Below are positions 1 to 7,392 of a DNA stretch of 24,000 bases, one piece after another; position 1 is the stretch's first letter, and every line of letters begins with the position of its first letter. Below the pieces are notes generated by a model. The model made no database searches and was not told the DNA's origin. It saw only the letters and a program-made list of their open reading frames with translations. Made by a program: the position numbers and the translations under genes. This DNA comes from Pseudomonadales bacterium. Lineage in GTDB: Bacteria; Pseudomonadota; Gammaproteobacteria; Pseudomonadales; Endozoicomonadaceae. The stretch spans positions 1,703,081 through 1,727,080 of the forward strand of contig OZ241746.1 in NCBI GenBank assembly GCA_965201045.1. Reading direction: 5' to 3'.

Positions 1-2
1 CA

Positions 3-10
3 AAAATTTG
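3..10. repeat. Left copy of 8-bp target-site duplication AAAATTTG of the IS66-family element
   Basis: Identical octamer directly abuts both IS termini (3-10 and 1724-1731). Confidence 0.8.
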
Positions 11-89
11 GTAACTCCCCAGGTATCTTATCATGGTGAAATAAAAAAAGCTTTACTTCAGTCTGAGGTTATGGCATAACATATACACC

Positions 90-1563
90 ATGGATAACTC
101 AGAAAAAATTATACAGCTTGAAGCACAAATCAATGCACTTAAAATAAAAATAACGGAGCTTTGTATAGAAAATACAGCGCTTCGTACTGAAAATACTGAG
201 TTAAAACAAGAAAATGCTCAACTAAAGCATAGCCTGAACCAAAATAGCCAAAACAGTTCTAAACCTCCATTCAGTGATGGTTTAAAAAAACTTACTCGTA
301 ATCAGTCACTACGTAAAAAAGGTCGAAAGAAAAGCGGTGGTCAGGAAGGGCATAAAGGTCATACTCTCAAGCAAGTTAGTAAACCTGACCATATTATTTC
401 TCATGATTTATCCTGCTGTCCCGGGTGCAAGTGTGATTTAAACCAGACAGATGTCGATGATTTTGTTATCAGGCAAGTGTTTGATATACCATTACCTAAG
501 GTAGAAGTCACAGAACATCGGGCTGAAATTAAACAATGCCCCTCCTGTAAAAAGCGTGTATGTGCAGATTTTCCGGATGATGTCAGAGCACCGGTTTCTT
601 ATGGGCAAAACATCAAAAGTTTTGCTGTTTATTTGCAACATCAACAATTAATTCCTGAAGATCGTTTGCAAAGTTTATTTGCAACATCAACAATTAATTC
701 CTGAAGATCGTTTGCAAAGTTTATTTGCAGACCTTTTTAAGTTACCGCTGGCTACTGCCACACTAAACAGTTTTACTGATCAGGCTTTTAATGAACTTGA
801 AATATTTGAACAGACGGTGTTGAAACTTGTCAGTAAGGCTCCTGTGAAACATCTGGATGAAACAGGTTTTCGAATCAATGGTAAGACACAATGGCTACAC
901 GTGTCTTCTGATAAAACATTAACCTATTATCACATCTCACCCAAACGTAAGGCACTGCTTCCTGATTTATCTGGCACAGTGGTGCATGATCATTACAAAC
1001 CTTACTACCAGCTTAATGATGTTAATCACGGATTATGCAATGCGCATCATTTACGCGAGTTGAATGCATTGATTGAAGATGAAGAGTCCTGGGCTAAAAA
1101 AATGAGTCACTGGTTGTTATGTAGCCTGCGATATAAAAAATTACATAGAGGGAAATCGATTGCAGCTGATAAATTAGCACGTCTCAGAGCTTCCTATACA
1201 GAGATTGTGAAAGAAGGTCTGGCATACCATGAATCACTTAAGCCGTTAATCAAAAAAAGTAGGTGCGGTAAGGCACCAAAAAGAAAAGGACATAATCTGT
1301 TGCTTCGGTTATGGAATTATTGTGATGACGTATTACGTTTTTTAACTGATCCGGAAATTCCTTTTACTAATAATCAAGCAGAACAAGATATCCGGATGAT
1401 GAAGTGTAAACAAAAGATATCAGGTGGATTTAGAACAACAAAGGGAGCTGAAAAATTTATCCGCATTCGTGGCTTTATCTCAAATGCAAGAAAACAGAGT
1501 TGGAATATTTTAGAAAGCATCCAAAAAGTCTTCAACAAAAAAGTACCTTTACCAGATGGATGA
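90..1563 (+). pseudogene. IS66-family transposase split into two ORFs (90-704, 679-1563) by a frameshifting internal duplication
   Basis: N-terminal coiled-coil/leucine-zipper-like region (LEAQINALKIKITELCIENTALRTENTELKQENAQLK). Cys pairs CPGC...CPSC (zinc-finger-like). C-terminal DDE-type region with HLDETGFRINGK and CNAHHLRELN. ORF1 ends ...YLQHQQLIPEDRLQSLFATSTINS* and ORF2 restarts MQHQQLIPEDRLQSLFADLF..., so the same peptide is encoded twice. Confidence 0.85.
627..729 (+). repeat. 46-bp tandem duplication bounded by 11-bp microhomology GTTTATTTGCA, inside the IS66 transposase
   Basis: Sequence 627-683 is repeated exactly at 673-729 (period 46). 46 is not a multiple of 3, so the reading frame is broken. 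Confidence 0.85.
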
Positions 1564-1723
1564 TGGCATAACTTTTATACCTTCTTTCTTTTGATTTTTT
1601 TTACGTAGCAGCTTTTTATGAACAGAGTCTTTTAAAGCCATCATTTTACTGTTTTGGTTGTTTTTGTTTAGGAGGTGTTTTAACTCAGCGTACTATTTTA
1701 TTATAGAGTACCTGGGGAGTTAC

Positions 1724-1731
1724 AAAATTTG
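1724..1731. repeat. Right copy of 8-bp target-site duplication AAAATTTG of the IS66-family element
   Basis: Identical octamer directly abuts both IS termini. Confidence 0.8.
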
Positions 1732-2027
1732 AAAAATTAACTAATTTGTACCCTAGAGGGCGTTGACAATTAATCGGAATATTTCATGTTTGCCTATATA
1801 AACGACACATGACAAAAAAACATAAGCAAAACTTTTTTAAAGGCTTTTTTTCAAGCTTATCAGCCTCTTTTATATGCTGAATTCAAGTTATTCACCAGAT
1901 GACACACTAAAAAAATGTAGCAGGTATGCAGGTATAAAGTATACTCTGCAACTCTTTGGTTTTTATGTATAGCTATATGAATAATAAAAGCAAATTATAT
2001 TTTTTAAATGTACGTGAAATATTTGGG

Positions 2028-2881
2028 TTAAGTTAACCATATCATTGAAGCTACAATGTGTAACATAGCAAGATAATTACGTCCTAACCGTTCATATCGG
2101 GTAGCAATCCTACGGTAACTTTTAAGCTTTAGAAATAACTTCTCTACAAGATTGCGTTCTTTATAAATATGTTTGTCATAAAAACGCTGCTCTTTTCTAT
2201 TGCTGCGGGGCGGTATAACTGGTTCAGCATCAGTCTGAGTTACCAGCGCTATTATCTCATCAGAATCATACCCTTTGTCTGCCAGTAAATATTGATAGTT
2301 TAAATTTTTAAGTAATGTATTTACCTGACCATATTCTGAAGCCTGCCCCATAGTAATCAGCAATCTAACAGGATTACCTAATGCATCAACAGCTGCATGA
2401 ATTTTCGTGCTTAAACCGCCTCTCGAGCGACCTTCTGCATTTTCTTCTTGTTTTTTTTGCAGCAGCTCCATGTTGGTGTACTCTCACTATACTGCCATCT
2501 ATACCCATTTAACTTCAAAACATTGAATTTAATTTTTGTATAGCCACTTGATAACAGTGATTTCTGATAAAGTGAATCCAGTATTTTCAAGTCAGATAGG
2601 TATATCATGATGCTTTCAAAATCAGCATCTTCTGAAAGAATCAGGAAAATATCATTCCACAGACCTTTATTTGACCATCTATTATAACGCTTATAGACAC
2701 TATTCCACAGGCCAAACTCTTTTGGCAGATCCCTCCATGGAGCATCAGTACGATTAATCCATAGTACAGCTTCAAGAAAAAGACGATTATCTTCTGCAGT
2801 AACACCACAGTCTGTTATTTTTCCGGGAAGAAGATCCTTAATACGTTCCCACTGATCATCGCGCAATACCATCCGGGGCAT
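2028..2881 (-). pseudogene. IS5-family DDE transposase, disrupted by a MITE insertion and a homopolymer frame change
   Basis: N-terminal part MPRMVLRDDQWERIKDLLPGK...APWRDLPKEFGLWNSVYKRYNRWSNKGLW (DUF4096-like). C-terminal part GRSRGGLSTKIHAAVDALGNP...LADKGYDSDE...YKERNLVEKLFLKLKSYRRIATRYE (DDE domain). Removing the 2500-2604 insert restores ...ESIMIDGSIVRVHQHGAAAKK. A further +1 frame change at the A8 run (T8 on the + strand, 2451-2458) separates that frame from the QEENAEGRSRGGL frame. Confidence 0.8.
2500..2604. mobile_element. MITE-A copy 1: 101-bp core (2502-2602) flanked by TA target duplication
   Basis: About 23-bp imperfect terminal inverted repeats (TACCCATTTAACTTCAAAACA... / ...TATTTTCAAGTCAGATAGGTA). 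TA at 2500-2501 and 2603-2604. Excising core plus one TA restores the IS5 transposase reading frame sequence. A second copy lies at 7360-7464. Confidence 0.8.
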
Positions 2882-3127
2882 TATTATCATCCAAATATAT
2901 TGTATTTTTATATTCAAGTGAATGATTATAAACGAATATTTAAAAATATGAAAACTTAATTGTCAACGCTCTCTAAGTATTAACAATTATAAATGAGTCC
3001 AATGTTCTACATATCGATTTGATTTATTAAAAAATATCTTTTAACCGGATTGTAATAAAAAGATTGACTGTGTACGTTTATTTGTTAGCATCATCGCTTT
3101 GTAATATAAAGCAATGAGGACAAAGAA

Positions 3128-3592
3128 GTGATTAAGTTAAAAAATAATTTCAATAGAATAAGCCAAAGCATTAAAAAATCAATTTTTTTTGCTATTTTAT
3201 CACTAAGTTTGTTGAACAGCATGAGTTCTTTTGGAGACACGTATCTGAAGCTTAATAACATCACAAATAAAAATAATTCTCTGAATGTAAAAGTAAGAAT
3301 ATTCAATGACGATAATTCAATCGAAAAGAAAGAATATTTTATAACACAAAAGTCAGAGGAGAACTTCAAAGTGGAGTCAGGGGTAAAAAAGATGGAAGTT
3401 GATGTTTGTAAAACAGGCGCCGGAACGGTGTTGAAAAAATTCAAAGTCTCTACAAATAAAGACATATTTAACGACTGGAATTATGAAGAATATACAAAAG
3501 ATGGTGTGACTGTTGAAAAAGGATCCTTGGATTATCAGTCATTATTAAATCCGAAAACAACAACATATATGCTCTACTTGAAGGCAGATTAA
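3128..3592 (+). CDS. Hypothetical small secreted protein (Asn/Lys-rich orphan)
   Basis: 154-codon ORF with GTG start 7 nt after GAGGA. N-terminal signal-peptide-like segment (KKSIFFAILSLSLLNSMSSFG). Followed by a strong stem-loop. No recognisable family. Confidence 0.45.
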   Translation: MIKLKNNFNRISQSIKKSIFFAILSLSLLNSMSSFGDTYLKLNNITNKNNSLNVKVRIFNDDNSIEKKEYFITQKSEENFKVESGVKKMEVDVCKTGAGTVLKKFKVSTNKDIFNDWNYEEYTKDGVTVEKGSLDYQSLLNPKTTTYMLYLKAD

Positions 3593-3611
3593 GCCTGCAT
3601 ATAAAACATTG

Positions 3612-3649
3612 ACTCATCATCAGGTAGTGATGACTGCCTGATGATGAGT
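3612..3649 (+). terminator. Putative intrinsic terminator or stem-loop downstream of ORF 3128-3592
   Basis: Perfect 13-bp inverted repeat ACTCATCATCAGG / CCTGATGATGAGT with a 12-nt loop, followed by TTTAAAAT (weak U tract). Confidence 0.4.
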
Positions 3650-3944
3650 TTAAAATACACTGTATCACTGATACCTCTGACTTGCTTTACAAATCATACC
3701 AATAGTCATGTTACCAGCTTCAATTCTGACGCTGGAGAAGCGATGTTGTGCATCATTACAAATACCAGTCTTTTGCTTTCTGAGTGATGTAGCAAATCTC
3801 TTCAGATAATACATATCATTTTAAACTGGAGGGTTTTATGGTGACTGATCAGGAACGGGAAGTTTCTGTTTTCAGGTGATTAATTAAGAAAAGTAAAAAA
3901 CCTGAAAGCTGAGTTGATGAAATAATAAAGCGTCACCTGATTAA

Positions 3945-4006
3945 AGTCGAAGACGGTATTGCTTGCAAAGAAAAATCGCTTTGTTCAGACAGTACCGCCT
4001 TCGACT
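3945..4006. repeat. TCGAAG-type palindromic repeat related to the core of MITE-B
   Basis: 14-bp arms AGTCGAAGACGGTA / TACCGCCTTCGACT (one mismatch). The adjacent CCGCCTTCGACTCCGTTCCGGCT resembles CTGCCTTCGATTCCGCTCAGCC inside MITE-B (4620-4645). Confidence 0.5.
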
Positions 4007-4062
4007 CCGTTCCGGCTAAAGAATATCTGAAACCACAATTTTAGAGTCGTGTCAATGCGTAA

Positions 4063-4088
4063 GGAACGTGCACAAAATGATTTGTACA
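4063..4088 (+). repeat. Terminal inverted repeat of an ISAzo13-like element (outer end), preceded by TAA
   Basis: GGAACGTGCACAAAATGATTTGTACA lies about 50 nt beyond the stop of the ISAzo13-like transposase fragment. Near-identical sequences form both ends of MITE-B (4594 and 4739). Confidence 0.55.
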
Positions 4089-4138
4089 TTTACACCATCT
4101 GAGGCTTCACACTATAATTAAATTTACCTAACACTTTA

Positions 4139-4525
4139 TCAGCTTGAAAATTTATTTTCCCCAGGGCGGTTTTTTTTGCTTTTTTTCCAGTCTGATATAT
4201 TTTTTTTTAAAAGATTACAAGTAACACGAAGACCTGTTTTTGTAGCCGTTTTTTCTATCTTTTCTTTTGCATCATCTTCTGATAGTAAAGGTAGCCCAGA
4301 CATAGCCCGGGTCACATGAGGAAAAACTCTGTGTTCAATGGGACTCCACTTGGATGCATATGGGGGGTAATGTGCGATAACCAGTGTAAGACCTATATGA
4401 TTTGCCAATTTTTGTAATGCCAGTTTAAATAAATTGTGGCGATAAGAATTAGCTCCCCGGCATCACAAAGAATTAATATTTCTTTCGCCTGTGCCCAGTG
4501 TTCTCTACCATAATTTTTCCTGCTC
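4139..4525 (-). pseudogene. ISAzo13-family (Rhodopirellula-type DDE) transposase, C-terminal fragment with frameshift
   Basis: Translation reads ...YGREHWAQAKEILILCDAG then, after a frame change near 4455, GANSYRHNLFKLALQKLANHIGLTLVIAHYPPYASKWSPIEHRVFPHVTRAMSGLPL. This matches the family signature as I recall it (ADGGGSN...LQ.LA...GL.I.V.HYPPGTSKWN.IEHR.F). The N-terminal two thirds of the protein are absent. Confidence 0.7.
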
Positions 4526-4529
4526 ACTT

Positions 4530-4769
4530 TTTTATTAAACAATAGTTTTCCATTATTTTTCAACGCACATACTTGAAAAGTTAACTTGGCTAAGGAACGT
4601 GCACGAAATAATTTGTATAATCCTGCCTTCGATTCCGCTCAGCCAACCAACCCTGTAGCCTTAGCCAAGTCGAAGGCAAACAGCCATACAAAACAGCAAA
4701 ACTCTCCTGAATTTGTCTAAGCTATTTTGTGCATGTTCCTAAATCAATACCAATGACTTTAATATTCAT
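4530..4769 (-). pseudogene. IS110-family (DEDD) transposase, N-terminal remnant only, interrupted by MITE-B
   Basis: AGGAG 8 nt upstream of ATG (4769). MNIKVIGIDL [MITE-B] AKLTFQVCALKNNGKLLFNKKVSRKN matches the canonical IS110 N-terminus pattern (IGIDLAK..FQV......GK....KK.SR). The reading frame then runs directly into the ISAzo13-like fragment. Confidence 0.65.
4594..4739. mobile_element. MITE-B: 146-bp non-autonomous element with ISAzo13-like-end inverted repeats and 3-bp TSD
   Basis: Ends GGAACGTGCACGAAATAATTTGTATA (4594-) and the reverse complement of -4739 (GGAACATGCACAAAATAGCTTAGACA). Internal hairpin TGCCTTCGA...TCGAAGGCA. Flanked by TAA at 4591-4593 and 4740-4742. Excision restores an IS110-type N-terminus ...VIGIDLAKLTFQV. 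Confidence 0.75.
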
Positions 4770-4926
4770 TGTAGACACTCCTCTTTAGATGAAATATATG
4801 AGTATACTCATTTTGGCACAGTTGACTCCGATAGCGAGGGGTGTCCATCTCATCAAATATTTTTATTATTCAGCCAAAAACTCCGAACCAGAATTTGTGT
4901 ATGAAAGACAGCCTATAGATCCTGGC

Positions 4927-5000
4927 ATGCGGATTGGAGAGTAGACCGTGGGAACCTCCCCTCGCAAAACCATACGTGAACCTCTCGATTCATACGGCTC
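4927..5000 (-). ncRNA. Orphan group II intron 3' fragment: domain V (4967-5000) plus putative domain VI (4927-4966)
   Basis: The minus strand reads GAGCCGTATGAATCGAGAGGTTCACGTATGGTTT. This is a 34-nt domain V with AGC triad, lower stem GAGCCGUAU/GUAUGGUUU, AC bulge, upper stem GAAUC/GGUUC and a GAGA (GNRA) tetraloop. The downstream 40 nt fold as UGCG-A-GGGGAG-loop-CUCUCC-AAUC-CGCA-U, with unpaired A about 7 nt from a terminal AU. No IEP ORF and no domains I-IV upstream. Confidence 0.65.
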
Positions 5001-5322
5001 TCATCAAGCAAACACATCTGTCATTCTCTTCTCAATCAAATACAACTCCATATAGCATTCAAACCAAAATATATAATAAAAAGTTCTATAATGATAGAAA
5101 TTAAAAATGGTTTGGTTTTTTGATTTGTGTTAATGTTTCTTTTCAATTTTTAAACTTACTTTAAAAAATGATTTTTATTGTTGCTTGATAGCTTTACCGT
5201 CAACTAATATGCAATTTGATTTACACACTTTGCAAAAAAATCTTTTTTTAAATAAGGTCATGATGAAATTTTTCTTTTAAAATATTACATTAATCTTTCC
5301 AGGGGAAAGCTGAGGTTATAAA

Positions 5323-7392
5323 GTGAATCCTACACATAATCGTTCTCAACATCATAACGGCTCGTTTAATGCAGATACTCATAGCCAATCTAAACAAAGT
5401 AAAAAAGGTTGGCATGAGGTAAAAAGTGAAGAAGATTGGCATGTGGTAACAAGAAAAGTAAGAGTGAAACAAAGTGCCAGTGGCAGCAACAGAAGACCTG
5501 CTCAAAATCCTGCAAGAAGTTACGGAAGTGGTCAATCTGCACAAAGTCAACAGAGTCAGTATACGGGAAAAGCAAAAGAAAGAGTGGAACAAAGTTCCAG
5601 TGGCAGGAACAGAAGACCTGCTCAAAATCCTGCAATAAGTTACGGAAGTGGTCAATCTGCACAAAGTCAACAGAGTCAGTATACGGGAAAGGCAAAAGAA
5701 AGAGTGGAACAAAGTTCCAGTGGCAGGAACAGAAGAATTCCTCAAAATCCTACAAGCTATCAGGATCGATTCCACCGATCCCGAATATTGAATAGTAGTA
5801 AGAGTCGTGAAGATAATGGAAATAATGAATATTCAGAAAAACGACATCGTGGGTTTCAGGCGTTAAAGAGTGATCCACATGAGGCAATAGAAATATTCCT
5901 GGAGTTGATGAAAACAAACCCTATGGACTCAAAACCGCACATAGGATTGGCTCAAGCTTATTATAAGATAGGTGATGAAGAGCTACAAGCACAGCATAAT
6001 CGGGCGGCGTTTAACTTAGGAGATATGAAGGCTGGCGAAATATTTAGTCTGTTTTTGAGAAATACGGGAAAGCATGAAGAAGCAATCCCAGTACTGGAGG
6101 AGGTTCTGGAGCATAGTAAGAAAGAAAAAGACCTTGAGTATCAGGAAAAAATCCTCATGAGTCTATTTTATTGCTATAACGATGCAAAACCAAAAGATGC
6201 TGAAAAAGTATTGCAAGCAGGTATGAAAGTTCTAGATATACAAAAACAACAGAGTAAAGATCTGAGTAAAAACGAATGGCTACTTAATAGTCTGACAGAT
6301 GCTATTGAGATATTACCAGAGACAAAACGAGCGCAAAGACTTGAAGCATTAATTGATTTGTACCCTAGTATTGGGTGTTTTTCTATGGAATACCTTCACA
6401 AAACCCTTATACCGCATAAGAATTTCCAAAAAGCATTGGAAGTAGTTAATAGATCGCGTACTGAAATAAATAGAAGTCAAGGGAAGAGAGATCTGGACGG
6501 ATTTTGCTCATACTTGGGCTTGGAAAAAGCACGAGCATACATTTTGAATAAAACAAAACAAGCAGAAGAAGCTGAGAAAGCATACACATATATACACCAA
6601 CAATTAAATACCCACGATTCATTTAAGTGGCTTGTTATGGCTATCTATCATAATGATAATGATAAAGATAAAGATAAAGAAAGAGCATTGAAATTAGCAC
6701 GTGATTACCACGATAAAATTAATATAGAAAATAGAAAGGGGCCAGGAGAAATGACTGGCATCCTGCTGTTGGATAAGCTGATGTTGAGGGTTTTGCTGAA
6801 CCCTCGGGAGAGATTAGAGTTTGCTTTTCGTTTTTGTGCCAAGTACCTTAATGGTAGCTTTGATGATAGATTTGAGAAAGCTGAAATTTTACGGTGTGTA
6901 ATAGCCGCTCTTCTTTATGTGTACTGGTATCTCCCTAAAGAGGACGAAACATCAGTCACTACTTTGAGTATGCTAAAGTACTTATCAATACAAGCCCGTG
7001 AGTTAGATCCAGATAATCCAAACATATTAAGACAAAGGGCACATATTTTACGACACGATGGGCAATGTGCAGAAGCGAGGGATTGTTGGATAAAAGCTGA
7101 CTGCATTGATCCGGAGCATGATAATAACCGAAAAAAAAACAAAGATTTGAACCTTAGAGAAAAAATGTCATTAAAGAGTAATCCACAGGATTTCCCCGCT
7201 GAATACGAAAAATTAAAGGCAGAGACCTTGAAGCCTGATCAGACATTTCGATCATTGGTGGAGAAATTTAAGGAAGAAGTGATAAAGGAAGAAGTGACAA
7301 AGAAAGAAGTGACAAAGAAAGAAGTGACAGGTAATCGGTGGCACAAGCACAAAACTGACTATACCTATTCAACTTCAAAAAGCTGGATTTGA
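5323..7392 (+). CDS. Large TPR-like/repeat protein with polar disordered N-terminus; candidate secreted effector
   Basis: 689-codon ORF with GTG start 8 nt after GAGG. No signal peptide. N-terminus is Ser/Gln/Asn/His-rich, followed by 2.5 tandem 40-aa repeats. The helical middle and C-terminal region has TPR-like segments (HIGLAQAYYKIGDEELQAQHNRAAFNLGD, LGLEKARAYILNKTKQAEEAEKAY, PNILRQRAHILRHDGQCAEARDCWIKADCIDPE). C-terminal KEEV(T/I) x4. The last 10 codons derive from a MITE. Confidence 0.8.
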   Translation: MNPTHNRSQHHNGSFNADTHSQSKQSKKGWHEVKSEEDWHVVTRKVRVKQSASGSNRRPAQNPARSYGSGQSAQSQQSQYTGKAKERVEQSSSGRNRRPAQNPAISYGSGQSAQSQQSQYTGKAKERVEQSSSGRNRRIPQNPTSYQDRFHRSRILNSSKSREDNGNNEYSEKRHRGFQALKSDPHEAIEIFLELMKTNPMDSKPHIGLAQAYYKIGDEELQAQHNRAAFNLGDMKAGEIFSLFLRNTGKHEEAIPVLEEVLEHSKKEKDLEYQEKILMSLFYCYNDAKPKDAEKVLQAGMKVLDIQKQQSKDLSKNEWLLNSLTDAIEILPETKRAQRLEALIDLYPSIGCFSMEYLHKTLIPHKNFQKALEVVNRSRTEINRSQGKRDLDGFCSYLGLEKARAYILNKTKQAEEAEKAYTYIHQQLNTHDSFKWLVMAIYHNDNDKDKDKERALKLARDYHDKINIENRKGPGEMTGILLLDKLMLRVLLNPRERLEFAFRFCAKYLNGSFDDRFEKAEILRCVIAALLYVYWYLPKEDETSVTTLSMLKYLSIQARELDPDNPNILRQRAHILRHDGQCAEARDCWIKADCIDPEHDNNRKKNKDLNLREKMSLKSNPQDFPAEYEKLKAETLKPDQTFRSLVEKFKEEVIKEEVTKKEVTKKEVTGNRWHKHKTDYTYSTSKSWI
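5461..5750 (+). repeat. In-frame 120-bp tandem repeat, about 2.4 copies (5461-5580, 5581-5700, partial 5701-about 5750)
   Basis: Copies 1 and 2 differ at only a handful of positions. They encode RV(K/E)QS(A/S)SG(S/R)NRRPAQNPA(R/I)SYGSGQSAQSQQSQYTGKAKE. Confidence 0.9.
7270..7329 (+). repeat. In-frame 15-bp tandem repeat x4 encoding K(E/K)EV(I/T)
   Basis: AAGGAAGAAGTGATA AAGGAAGAAGTGACA AAGAAAGAAGTGACA AAGAAAGAAGTGACA. Confidence 0.9.

Larger units (their letters stand above)
11..1723 (+). mobile_element. IS66-family insertion sequence, single-transposase architecture (no separate tnpA/tnpB accessory ORFs), transposase inactivated
   Basis: Perfect 15-bp terminal inverted repeats GTAACTCCCCAGGTA (11-25) and TACCTGGGGAGTTAC (1709-1723), starting with the GTAA typical of IS66 ends. 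Flanked by an 8-bp direct repeat AAAATTTG, the TSD length typical of IS66. Internal ORFs look like an IS66 transposase. Confidence 0.85.
1756..2973 (-). mobile_element. IS5-family insertion sequence (IS427/IS1031-like type), degenerate
   Basis: 18-bp terminal inverted repeats GAGGGCGTTGACAATTAA (1756-1773) and the reverse complement of 2956-2973 (GAGAGCGTTGACAATTAA), 17/18 identical. TA dinucleotide on both flanks (1754-1755, 2974-2975). Encloses an IS5-type transposase. About 270 nt of non-coding sequence between the transposase stop (2028) and the left IR is unexplained. Confidence 0.75.

Noticed and set aside
69-1580. Short direct repeat ATGGCATAAC near both ends of the IS66 element interior (about 71-80 and about 1563-1572)
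   Set aside because: It is only about 10 bp and lies inside the IRs. It could be chance or a subterminal transposase-binding site, and I have no way to distinguish these here.
3091-3668. ORFs 3091-3465(-) and 3468-3668(-)
   Set aside because: They are antisense to, or downstream of, the better-supported signal-peptide ORF 3128-3592(+), which has an RBS and a 3' hairpin. Their translations are low-complexity and hydrophobic, typical of AT-rich antisense frames.
4770-4926. Possibility that the non-coding stretch upstream of the IS110 transposase start encodes an IS110-type bridge RNA
   Set aside because: The position is right for IS110-group elements, but I cannot identify the two-loop structure by eye. 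The transposase is reduced to about 36 codons, and part of the region is better explained by the group II intron fragment and its flank. This would need a covariance-model search.
5461-5750. Regularly spaced 120-bp repeats that could superficially suggest a CRISPR-like array
   Set aside because: The repeats are directly tandem with no spacers. They are far longer than CRISPR repeats and lie in frame inside a 689-codon ORF, so they are coding repeats.
5290-5795. ORF-track entries 5290-5775(-), 5390-5695(-), 5436-5795(+)
   Set aside because: These are alternative-frame or antisense shadows kept open by the internal 120-bp repeat of the real gene 5323-7392. They have no RBS, and their repetitive low-complexity translations mirror the repeat.
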